From assembly GCA_002436415.1 (NCBI GenBank), contig DJMA01000041.1:36410-100409 (forward strand): a stretch of DNA of 64,000 bases, in the 5' to 3' direction. Below the pieces are notes generated by a model. That model saw only the letters and a program-made list of their open reading frames with translations. It was not told where the DNA came from and ran no database searches. Position numbers and translations under genes: made by a program. The DNA is from Bdellovibrionaceae bacterium UBA6502. Lineage in GTDB: Bacteria; Bdellovibrionota; Bdellovibrionia; Bdellovibrionales; UBA840. Positions 28,976 through 37,423 of the stretch are shown here, piece by piece; position 1 is the first letter of the stretch; every line of letters starts with the position of its first letter.

Positions 28976-30670
28976 TTAAAAAGGGTAGTCTTTCATATGT
29001 ACTTCGTCTAGATAATTTTTGTATAAGCTTGGCTTTCTTTTTTTTGGCTCTAGTAAACTCATAGAAAGCTCTGGTATAAGCTGAATTTTCCATTCCGTAT
29101 CAGCTTGGGCGTTATAAACGGAGTCCTTAAAAAGTCTTTTAATTTTTCCAATTGAGTCCCCATTGATTGAAAGTTGTCCTCGAGGGTTTTTAAGTAAAAC
29201 CCTATAATTCCCATCGTGAGCAACTCTAAATTCTGTAGCTGAACCTTTAAATTGATAGGTTCTTGTGTAGACAGATGCCCAAAAATGCATAAAGTTCTTA
29301 TCATAATACTCTTTTAAGAAAGGGGGACTGTTGCCAAGAAGGGCACTGTCTAGTAAAAGACTTTTGGGCTTGTTTAAATCGATTTTGTCTAGAAAACTGT
29401 CTTTTTCCTGTTTAGTCCAATGATTAGAGGCCTTTGTGATATCGTAGTTTAACCAGGACCAATTTTCTAATGCATTTTTTCTTGTAAAAATATAATTTGC
29501 ACTAGCGATATAAGAATCTTCTTTTTGTAATGTAGCTTCTAAAAGGCTTAAGTCATAGCTTTCCGATTGATTTAGTTCTTCTCCTAGTCTCAAGTAATTT
29601 TGCGATTGAAGGACTGTGGCCAGGATAATCACTATGGGAAGGATTTGACTGAGTTTCGTGTTTTTTAATGAGTGAAGGCTAAAAAGGTAATTAATGCCAA
29701 AAAGGCATAATACGAACAGAGCTGGGGCGAAATTTGTGAAACTATAGATCCAAACAGTAGACTTTGTGAGTAAAAAGAGGCCTAAAAAGAAAGAGAATAA
29801 AAATAGTTTTTGTGTTTCTTTTTGCAGGTTTTTTATTTGTCTCAAACCGCCGTAGCAACCTATGGCTAATGCTAACCAAAAGATTGGTGCCTGCATTAAA
29901 GTTTTTTTCCAATTTGCTAAGCTAAAGACCGAGTAAGTTGTTTCTGTTGCCATTTTTACTGAGTATTGTAGGTTTGAGCTGACAGTGCTTTCGGGTTCAA
30001 ATAATCCATAGTAGTAGTAGTAGGCAAATAAAGGTAAGCAGATACAACAGAGTAATAGTGTTCCGCGGATCAAGAATTGTTTTATTTTAAAGTTATTGTT
30101 TAAGAAAATCTCATAAGTAATGTAAGAAAAACCAAAGGCTAGAATGAAATAGGCTGACTTTTGAGAGATTAAAAATGAAAGAGCTATTAAGATGCATGAT
30201 AGCAAGTCTTTTTGGTATCGAACGGCAATAAATATGAAAAATAGAGAGCTGGCGGTTAGGCTATCAATTCGAAAGTTGCTTGAGTAAATCTGAACTGCAT
30301 TAAGGCTTATGAACAATATGGAGGCTAAAATTAGAGCTTTTTGGGAGAACAGCTCTTTTAAGCTGTAGAGAAAAAAGTAAAAACTTGAAACGAAAATAAG
30401 ACCTAAGGTACTACGTGCTGAGATTACACTGTATACAACCCCATTCTCAGGCGAAAAAAAACTAGAGATAAAATAGTAACCAAAAACATTTTTGTAAGGG
30501 TTGAAGTCTTGGTAGGGAGTAAGTCCATCTAGTATGTTTTGAACGGATTTTGCTAATTGAAACTCATCTGGAATAAGGCCCGTGTTCCAGGATGCTAAGA
30601 TTATTATTAGTAAATGCAACATGGCTATAGCGATAAATGTCAATTTGAAGATTTTCTTTTTTTGTTGCAA
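28976..30670 (-). CDS. GT-C fold (GT39/GT83, PMT/ArnT-like) polytopic glycosyltransferase candidate, paralog 2
   Basis: 564 aa. Motifs GLIPDEFQLAKSVQNILDGLTPYQDFNPYKNV, shared R(I/Q)DSL(T/S)AS and SFLISQK(S/A)A, and the same architecture as paralog 1. Confidence 0.7.
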   Translation of the reverse strand: MQQKKKIFKLTFIAIAMLHLLIIILASWNTGLIPDEFQLAKSVQNILDGLTPYQDFNPYKNVFGYYFISSFFSPENGVVYSVISARSTLGLIFVSSFYFFLYSLKELFSQKALILASILFISLNAVQIYSSNFRIDSLTASSLFFIFIAVRYQKDLLSCILIALSFLISQKSAYFILAFGFSYITYEIFLNNNFKIKQFLIRGTLLLCCICLPLFAYYYYYGLFEPESTVSSNLQYSVKMATETTYSVFSLANWKKTLMQAPIFWLALAIGCYGGLRQIKNLQKETQKLFLFSFFLGLFLLTKSTVWIYSFTNFAPALFVLCLFGINYLFSLHSLKNTKLSQILPIVIILATVLQSQNYLRLGEELNQSESYDLSLLEATLQKEDSYIASANYIFTRKNALENWSWLNYDITKASNHWTKQEKDSFLDKIDLNKPKSLLLDSALLGNSPPFLKEYYDKNFMHFWASVYTRTYQFKGSATEFRVAHDGNYRVLLKNPRGQLSINGDSIGKIKRLFKDSVYNAQADTEWKIQLIPELSMSLLEPKKRKPSLYKNYLDEVHMKDYPF

Positions 30671-30680
30671 AATAATCCCT

Positions 30681-32129
30681 CTATTTTATTTCAAACATAC
30701 CAAGTTGAAGTTTCTCGTCGATAGGTATTATGGCCTTGTTTTTAATTCGTTTTGATTCTACGAGTTGATGAAAAAGTTGTCGTTTTGAGCTGCATATTAC
30801 TAGGTCTGTATTGAAAACCTCTTTGAGCTTTTGTTCAGGTTGCTCGGTGAATCCTCTTTTTATGTTATAAGAGTTTATAAAGAAGTCTTTAGAAATCATC
30901 AATAAGGATGGGTCGAGAACATCTAGAACTTTAAGCTGCGAATAGTAAAGGGCGTATTGTCCTTGCCACCAATCGCAATTGTAGATTCGTCGAGTATCGG
31001 TTTTAGGGGGCAGCTGTAGTAACGTTTTATAGGCTTCCTCCTGTTTTTTAAAATACGAAATATCTTCTTGAAATTTTATAAAACTGAAGTTAGCCAAGGT
31101 AAAAAGCCCGCAAAGTAAAACGCTAAATAGATGTTTTTTTCCGGTGTGGATAGGAAATTTACTTAGGCTGATGATGAAAGCAAAAATTGATGGGGTGTAT
31201 TCCAAAAAACGAATGGAAATAAATAGGCTTAAAAAGCAAATTAAGCTGGCGATGAGTAGGAATTTAAAATAGCCTTCTTTCAGCTCTCTCCAGCAGGCTC
31301 TGATGCATAAAGCTCCCAAAACCAAGAAAGGCAGAAAAAGTTTTATGGTGGTAAAGGGAGACTGCATTGCTAATTCAGGTCCGTAGGCTAAATCTGGAGC
31401 TCCTAATTGTTGAAGGGCAATCCATAGATGCTTGAGGCTCATTTCTAAACTTTCAGGGAAATAGGGATTTAAGAATAGGCCGGTAATAATTCCTGCTGTA
31501 CCATACTTGATCGCCTTCACATTTAACTTTTTTTCGTAAAGGCTTAGACTAATGCTTAAGAGTATGAAGAATGCAATTGGGATATAAATTGTATGGTAAG
31601 ATAGGCTAAATATTATTGAGAATACAAATAGGTTTTTCCACTTTCGGCCTCTTCCCGCAAGGCAGATTAGGGCGAAGACAAAAATTGCTAGAGTGTGTGG
31701 GCGGATTAGTAAAAGTCTTAGGAGGAATTGAGGGCAGACGAGTAAGCTTACGATCAAGGTGAAAGACATGCTAGGGCTAAGTCTTTTTCGTAGTAAGGCG
31801 TACCAGATATTGATTGTACCAATTCCCAGAAGTAAACTAAGGCTTTGTAGAGCGCTTTCTGAGCCAAAGCGAAGAAAAAGACTACTTAAGACGTGGTAAA
31901 GAAACTCTTTTTCAGGGAAGGATTTGTCCCAGTTTAGACCATAGATTCTATCGATAAAATCGGGTGCAAAATTTTTTAAATATTCTTGTGAGATAAAATA
32001 GTGATAAAAACGATCTGGGTCAGTGTAAATGCTATCTCTAAAAAGATGTGCTAATAGTAGGAAAGCCAAATTGAGAATGAATATGAAAATGTATTCACGC
32101 TTGACTTGTCTACTAAAGGGCCAGACCAT
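30681..32129 (-). CDS. Polytopic membrane protein with STT3/PglB/AglB-like motifs (compact GT-C candidate)
   Basis: 482 aa with at least 10 TMs. The first loop carries TDPDRFYHYF. About 35 aa after the last TM comes DWWQGQYALYYSQLKVLD, reminiscent of [19 protein letters not shown] in PglB (recalled from memory). RBS AGGAG. Confidence 0.55.
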   Translation of the reverse strand: MVWPFSRQVKREYIFIFILNLAFLLLAHLFRDSIYTDPDRFYHYFISQEYLKNFAPDFIDRIYGLNWDKSFPEKEFLYHVLSSLFLRFGSESALQSLSLLLGIGTINIWYALLRKRLSPSMSFTLIVSLLVCPQFLLRLLLIRPHTLAIFVFALICLAGRGRKWKNLFVFSIIFSLSYHTIYIPIAFFILLSISLSLYEKKLNVKAIKYGTAGIITGLFLNPYFPESLEMSLKHLWIALQQLGAPDLAYGPELAMQSPFTTIKLFLPFLVLGALCIRACWRELKEGYFKFLLIASLICFLSLFISIRFLEYTPSIFAFIISLSKFPIHTGKKHLFSVLLCGLFTLANFSFIKFQEDISYFKKQEEAYKTLLQLPPKTDTRRIYNCDWWQGQYALYYSQLKVLDVLDPSLLMISKDFFINSYNIKRGFTEQPEQKLKEVFNTDLVICSSKRQLFHQLVESKRIKNKAIIPIDEKLQLGMFEIK

Positions 32130-32152
32130 TGCTATATACTCCTAGGGGCGAA

Positions 32153-32896
32153 ATGCATTTAAGTGTCGTAATTCCAGTATTTAATGAAGAGGAACATATT
32201 GCAAGTGTTCTTGCGCGGGTGGAAACTGCGTTGTTGTCCCTAAAAGCTTCGTCACTGCTTGAAGCTTATGAGATCCTTGTGATTGATGATGGGTCGAGTG
32301 ATAATAGTCCTCAAGTTTTGAGTGCGTTGAAGCACAGCAAAGATTTAAAAATTGTACTTTGCGAAACGAACAAAGGTAAGGGGGCTGCGTTGCAGATAGG
32401 CTTTCAGATGGCTATAGGGGATTTTGTAATTATCCAAGATGCCGATCACGAATATGAACCGGAAGACTACCTTCACTTAATTCGAGAGCAAAAAAATCTA
32501 GATGCCGATTTTGTATTAGGGTCTAGAATTTTATCAAAAAAAAATAAGTTTGGATTTTTTAGGCAGAAGTTTGCCAATCAACTGCTTAGTTTTTTAGCTA
32601 GTTTAATGTTGGGGAGAAAAATCACTGATATCGAAACCTGCTATAAGCTAGTTCGAAGAGATATGTTGTTGTTGTGTGATTTTAATGCCAACCGATTCGA
32701 TATTGAAATCGAAATTGCATTTGAATTGTTTAGATTTAAAGCGCTTAAATTTTCAGAAGTTGCAATTTCTTATAATCCTAGATCTTATTCTGAGGGAAAA
32801 AAGATTGGTTGGAAAGACGGGGTTCAGGCTTTGGTTAAAATTTTTTCGATGGGATTGAGAAATCTATTTCTAGCAAAAAGGGTTTATAATACTTAA
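32153..32896 (+). CDS. GT2 polyprenol-phosphate glycosyltransferase-like enzyme (Dpm1/ArnC/GtrB type)
   Basis: LSVVIPVFNEEEHI, VIDDGSSDNS, NKGKGAAL, IIQDADHEYEPEDY. The preferred start is ATG 32153 behind AGGGG; the ORF-track TTG at 32129 would abut the divergent gene's start codon. Confidence 0.8.
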   Translation: MHLSVVIPVFNEEEHIASVLARVETALLSLKASSLLEAYEILVIDDGSSDNSPQVLSALKHSKDLKIVLCETNKGKGAALQIGFQMAIGDFVIIQDADHEYEPEDYLHLIREQKNLDADFVLGSRILSKKNKFGFFRQKFANQLLSFLASLMLGRKITDIETCYKLVRRDMLLLCDFNANRFDIEIEIAFELFRFKALKFSEVAISYNPRSYSEGKKIGWKDGVQALVKIFSMGLRNLFLAKRVYNT

Positions 32897-33094
32897 AATC
32901 TATTGGAAGGGGCTAAATTGCTTGAATTACTACATTAGTTTTCTATGTGGTTCTATGCGTTTTTATTTCTTTATTGACCTTGCTTAAAAGAAAAATAGTT
33001 ACGATCCTTGCTTTGAGTGATTTGTTTTTCTTTTTTATTAAAAAATAGACTCACTCCACTTGCATAATCCTTTTTAAACAGAGAGAATTTAGAT

Positions 33095-33787
33095 GTGCGT
33101 AAGAATGAAAAACTACATTTTATAGTTCCATTTTATAATGAATCTGAGGTTTTGAAGAAAACCATTCAAAAACTCGTCTCAGCAGGTTTTGTCGTGATAG
33201 CTGTTGATGATGGTTCCAGTGATAGTTCTATAGACTCTATCATTGATTTACCGATCGTAACTTTGAGGCATGCTTTTAATCTAGGGCAGGGTGCTGCTTT
33301 AAATACTGGCTTAGAATACTGTCGAAGAAATAATATCCAATACGCAGTGACTTTCGATGGTGATGGTCAGCATCGTTTGGAAGATGCTGTGGCGATGTTT
33401 GAGGAATTAAAGCTTAATTCTTCTGATATTGTCCTTGGTTCAAGGTTTTTAAAGTCAGAGTCTATACAAAGTTTGCCGTCGGGGCGAAAGCTTTTACTGC
33501 GACTGGCGACTTCATTTACAAGGCTTCAATTTGGCTTAAAGATTTCAGATACGCATAATGGATTAAGGGTTTTGGGGCGTCGTGCAATAGAAAGTATTGA
33601 TTTTCAATCCAACCGAATGGCACACGCATCAGAAATTTATTGGTTTATAAAAAAATATAAACTCAAATACAAAGAGTATCCGGTTGTGATCGATTATCAT
33701 GAGTATAGTTTAAATAAGGGGCAAAGTTTTTTATCTGCCCCTGGTATATTAATAGAATATTTTTTCACAAGGATTTTAAGAAAATGA
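33095..33787 (+). CDS. GT2 glycosyltransferase (GtrB/ArnC-like, DUF2304-associated type)
   Basis: GTG start. Motifs HFIVPFYNESE, AVDDGSSDSS, NLGQGAAL, TFDGDGQH. ATGA overlap with the following small membrane protein. Confidence 0.8.
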   Translation: MRKNEKLHFIVPFYNESEVLKKTIQKLVSAGFVVIAVDDGSSDSSIDSIIDLPIVTLRHAFNLGQGAALNTGLEYCRRNNIQYAVTFDGDGQHRLEDAVAMFEELKLNSSDIVLGSRFLKSESIQSLPSGRKLLLRLATSFTRLQFGLKISDTHNGLRVLGRRAIESIDFQSNRMAHASEIYWFIKKYKLKYKEYPVVIDYHEYSLNKGQSFLSAPGILIEYFFTRILRK

Positions 33788-34116
33788 GCTTTCAAATTAT
33801 AGCCAGTATTTTTTCTATAATTGGTTTTCTATGGGGAATTAGATTAATTTTTAAGTTCAGAAATAAGCTTGGCTACGGGCTCTTTGTTTCTATTACGTTT
33901 TTGATTGGTTTTTTGTTTCTGCAAAATCCAGATTTAACTAGTGTAGTTGCTCATTATCTAGGTATCGACCGTGGAGCTGATCTTTTAAGTTATATCCATT
34001 TGTTGGTCTTTGTTTTTTCTGTGTTTATGTTTTATTTGAAGTTAGAAAAACAAAAAAGACAAATTAGTATTTTAACTAGAGAGTTGGCAATCAAAAATTC
34101 TCAAACTAAATCTTGA
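33784..34116 (+). CDS. DUF2304-like small membrane protein
   Basis: 110 aa with 3-4 TMs, a conserved-looking LGIDRGADLL segment and a charged C-terminal helix. Its position right after a GT2 gene is typical for DUF2304. Confidence 0.6.
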   Translation: MSFQIIASIFSIIGFLWGIRLIFKFRNKLGYGLFVSITFLIGFLFLQNPDLTSVVAHYLGIDRGADLLSYIHLLVFVFSVFMFYLKLEKQKRQISILTRELAIKNSQTKS

Positions 34117-34122
34117 GGTTTT

Positions 34123-34944
34123 ATGGCGTACCAGATTGCTGTTTTAACGATTTCTTACAACTCCCTTGAGCTTTTAAAAAAAGCGGTGGCCTCAATTCAA
34201 AAACAAAGCTTCACTAACTGGATTCATATCATAGTCAATGATGGATCGGTGGACGATACTGCTGACTACCTGGATGAATTAGCTCAGACATCTGACCAGT
34301 ATATAGTTAAAAATCTTTCTCAAAATGCTGGTATTGCTAATGCTCGTAACCATTGTTTAGAGCTGATTCCAAGTGGGGTCGAGTACGTGTGTATCTTAGA
34401 CGCTGACGATTTAGCTAGAGAGGATAGATTGGAGAAGCAACTTGCTTTTTTGGCGAAACACAGTGAGCTTGGAGTTTTAGGCTCTAATTGTGTTTTTATC
34501 GATGATTCAGGTCAGCAGATTGGAGAAAGGGCCTATCCTGAGTCTCCGGCTAATATAGAAAAAAGTAAGTTGATCGAAAATCCTTTTGCGAATTCTTGTG
34601 TTATGTACCGATGGAATATTGCTCGCAACTTACGATATAGTTTGGAGTTTCCGCCTTGTGAGGATTATGATTATTGGCTTAGTCTTCTAGCAAAAACGAA
34701 AGGGGCAAATCTTCCTGAGGCTTTAGTTTATTATCGTATAAGTGACAAGCAAGCGGTTGCAAGGAATGTCAGGAAAATGCTTCGTTTAACGGTGAAAATT
34801 AAATTAAAACACATTTTTAAGAGCAAGGATTTTTCTTTAAGTTATTTGTATAGAATAGCTATTGAACTTGGTCTTTTAATGATTCCAAGTAAATTGGTAT
34901 TGAAGCTTGCAAGAGCTCGTCAGTTGGGGAAGAAACTAGTTTAA
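34123..34944 (+). CDS. GT2 family glycosyltransferase
   Basis: IAVLTISYNSLELL, IVNDGSVDDT and DADD motifs. 273 aa. Confidence 0.85.
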   Translation: MAYQIAVLTISYNSLELLKKAVASIQKQSFTNWIHIIVNDGSVDDTADYLDELAQTSDQYIVKNLSQNAGIANARNHCLELIPSGVEYVCILDADDLAREDRLEKQLAFLAKHSELGVLGSNCVFIDDSGQQIGERAYPESPANIEKSKLIENPFANSCVMYRWNIARNLRYSLEFPPCEDYDYWLSLLAKTKGANLPEALVYYRISDKQAVARNVRKMLRLTVKIKLKHIFKSKDFSLSYLYRIAIELGLLMIPSKLVLKLARARQLGKKLV

Positions 34945-35065
34945 TGTTTAGAGGACTGAAAAAGGAATGCTATGGTGTTGATTCTAAATCTAGTTATTCT
35001 TTATTCTATAGAAAAAATGAAAGCTGATGTTGGAAGTTTCTAGCTTTTTCAAGATTGAGGTTGAA

Positions 35066-35782
35066 ATGAACAAGGATTTTATTTTATTGAATGCAATAGA
35101 ACTAGCTCTTGTCGAGCCTCCAAAGTCTTTTTTAGGAAAGCAGTCGAAGTTTCGGTCTAAAATTGAAGAAATATGGGAAATTGAAAAAAATAAGAATCCC
35201 AATCTATTCAATGGGCCACTTTTTTCAGTTGTGGAATTTCGGATTGATGAAGTTAGAAAAGACCAGGTTTTGTATGTCTTTGAAACCGATTACAAAAGTT
35301 TTTTAGCTGAACAAAGTGGTGTCGATTTGGGACTCCAGCCTCTTGGTGTTACAGGGGCTATATCAAAAAATTATTTCGGTGAAGAGAAGCTTTTATTTGC
35401 ACAGAGGTCTAAAAACAATTCTATATACGGAGGCTTCTGGGAGCTAGTTCCATCAGGTGGGCTAGAGTTTTTTGAATCAGACTCAAAAGAAGCTTTGCCA
35501 ATTCGTCAGCTGTTGATCGAATTTGAAGAAGAGTTAGGGGCATCAAGGGAGTTAATCGAATCCAGTGAGCTTGTTGCATTGTCCTTTGATTCAAATATCA
35601 AAGTTTACGACTTAATTTATGTCCTAAAAGTGTCCACGAATTTTACTTGGAAGCTTTCTTTAGAGCACGATGATTACGTATTTCTATCTGAACAAGAATT
35701 TGTAGATTCTTATTTAGATAGAAGTTTGCCCAATTGCAAAAATGTTTTTGCTAGCCTTAGAAAATCAGAGAGAGGTATATGA
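35066..35782 (+). CDS. Nudix-like hydrolase (degenerate Nudix box)
   Basis: GGLEFFE...IRQLLIEFEEELGA approximates GX5EX7REUXEEXGU with a longer spacer. The preferred start is ATG 35066 behind GAGG; the ORF track begins at 35027. Confidence 0.5.
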   Translation: MNKDFILLNAIELALVEPPKSFLGKQSKFRSKIEEIWEIEKNKNPNLFNGPLFSVVEFRIDEVRKDQVLYVFETDYKSFLAEQSGVDLGLQPLGVTGAISKNYFGEEKLLFAQRSKNNSIYGGFWELVPSGGLEFFESDSKEALPIRQLLIEFEEELGASRELIESSELVALSFDSNIKVYDLIYVLKVSTNFTWKLSLEHDDYVFLSEQEFVDSYLDRSLPNCKNVFASLRKSERGI

Positions 35783-36381
35783 CAAAACGAAAGATTGTGG
35801 GATTACTAGCAAGAGAGCATGGTTTGTTTGCTCTGAAGGCATTGGTAGATTCAGACAGCTTTGAGATTGACCTGGTATTTACGCATCGTTACGAGCCGAA
35901 ATCTAAGGGTGGCCAGGAAAGGTCTGAGTTTAAACAGTATTTGGACTACTGTTCTGCAAATGGAATTGAACTTGTGGAAGTAAACTCAAAAAAAGAGGCG
36001 AAGGATATAATCAATAAGCTGAACCCGCTCGATAATCTTGATATTTTACTTTCGGTAAGTTGGAGATATTTGGTGGGAGTGGATATTTTGGCTCTATTTC
36101 CATTTGGAGGCATTAATCTTCACAGAGGCCTATTGCCCAATTATCCTGGTGCTGAACCTATTTTACAGGCTCTAAAAAATGGAGATGATAAGGTCTATAT
36201 TACAGCGCATAAAATGATAGAAGAAATTGACCAAGGCGAGCTTATAAAAACTTATGAACACTCTATTAATCACCTGAATTTCGAAAAAATAGATGATAAG
36301 GTGGAATGTATTAAGAAAGAATTGGGGCCACACTTTGGTGTTTTGAGTTTAGAGGCCTTAGCTTTGCGGATGGAGAAGTAA
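35779..36381 (+). CDS. Formyltransferase-fold protein (candidate sugar N-formyltransferase)
   Basis: 200 aa. GGINLHRGLLPNYPGAEP (Asn/His of the formyltransferase catalytic set, compare HxSLLPxxRG) and EEIDQGELI (catalytic Asp). ATGA overlap with the upstream gene. Confidence 0.7.
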   Translation: MTKRKIVGLLAREHGLFALKALVDSDSFEIDLVFTHRYEPKSKGGQERSEFKQYLDYCSANGIELVEVNSKKEAKDIINKLNPLDNLDILLSVSWRYLVGVDILALFPFGGINLHRGLLPNYPGAEPILQALKNGDDKVYITAHKMIEEIDQGELIKTYEHSINHLNFEKIDDKVECIKKELGPHFGVLSLEALALRMEK

Positions 36382-36382
36382 T

Positions 36383-37423
36383 ATGAAAACAAAGTCTTAT
36401 TTTGCCGAAGATCAAGCTCCATACATCGTGGCAGAAATGTCTGGCAACCATAACCAGTCCATGGATATGGCTCTTAAGATTGTTGATGCAGCCGCTGATT
36501 GTGGAGTGGATGCCTTAAAAGTTCAGACTTATACCGCGGATTCTATGACTTTGGATTCTAATAAAGAAGATTTTTTGGTTAATTCAAAAGAGTCCCTCTG
36601 GAAAGGCGAAAGCTTATTTTCACTTTATCAAAAAGCCTACACGCCATGGGATTGGCATAAGCCAATTCAAGAAAGATGTAAGCAGAAAGGAATTGAGTTT
36701 TTTAGTTCACCTTTTTCCAGTGAAGCTGTTGATTTTCTTGAGGAATTAGATGTACCTTTTTATAAAATTGCATCCTTTGAAAATACCGATTTAGAACTTA
36801 TCAAAAAGGTTGCATCTCAAAAGAAACCTATGATCATTTCTACCGGCATGGCGAGTATTGCCGATTTAGAATTAAGCGTTAAAACGGCGCTCGAAAACTC
36901 TTGTCCCGAACTTGTTTTATTGAAGTGTACTAGTTCTTACCCAGCTTCACCTGAAAATACCAACCTAAAGACGATTGAGCATCTTCGAGAGATGTTTGGC
37001 GTCAAAGTTGGTCTTTCGGATCATACTTTAGGAATAGGAGCGGCTTGTGCAAGTGTTGCCTTCGGTGCTTGTTTAATAGAAAAGCATTTTGTTTTAGATC
37101 GTAAGGCAGGTGGTGTGGATGCTGCTTTTTCGCTGGAGCCTTCAGAGATGAAAGCTTTGGTGGATGAAACCAAAAGGGCATTTCAGGCAATTGGAAATGT
37201 TCACTATGGCCCCACAGAGCAAGAGGAAGCCTCCAGAGTTTTCCGTCGTTCTATCTATGTTACTAAGAAAATTTGTGTCGGAGAGGAACTTAGCAGAGAT
37301 AATGTTCGTGTGATGCGTCCAGGTTACGCTCTAGAGCCTAAGTACCTAGATGTCGTATTAGGAAAAAAGGTCAGTCGTGAATTAGATGTGGGTGATCGAA
37401 TTGATTGGGATGTTTTTGGGTGA
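36383..37423 (+). CDS. pseI: Pseudaminic acid synthase (NeuB family)
   Basis: APYIVAEMSGNHNQS and KVQTY motifs, TIM-barrel NeuB core plus a C-terminal SAF domain (VRVMRPG). 346 aa, with pseB/C/F nearby. Confidence 0.8.
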   Translation: MKTKSYFAEDQAPYIVAEMSGNHNQSMDMALKIVDAAADCGVDALKVQTYTADSMTLDSNKEDFLVNSKESLWKGESLFSLYQKAYTPWDWHKPIQERCKQKGIEFFSSPFSSEAVDFLEELDVPFYKIASFENTDLELIKKVASQKKPMIISTGMASIADLELSVKTALENSCPELVLLKCTSSYPASPENTNLKTIEHLREMFGVKVGLSDHTLGIGAACASVAFGACLIEKHFVLDRKAGGVDAAFSLEPSEMKALVDETKRAFQAIGNVHYGPTEQEEASRVFRRSIYVTKKICVGEELSRDNVRVMRPGYALEPKYLDVVLGKKVSRELDVGDRIDWDVFG

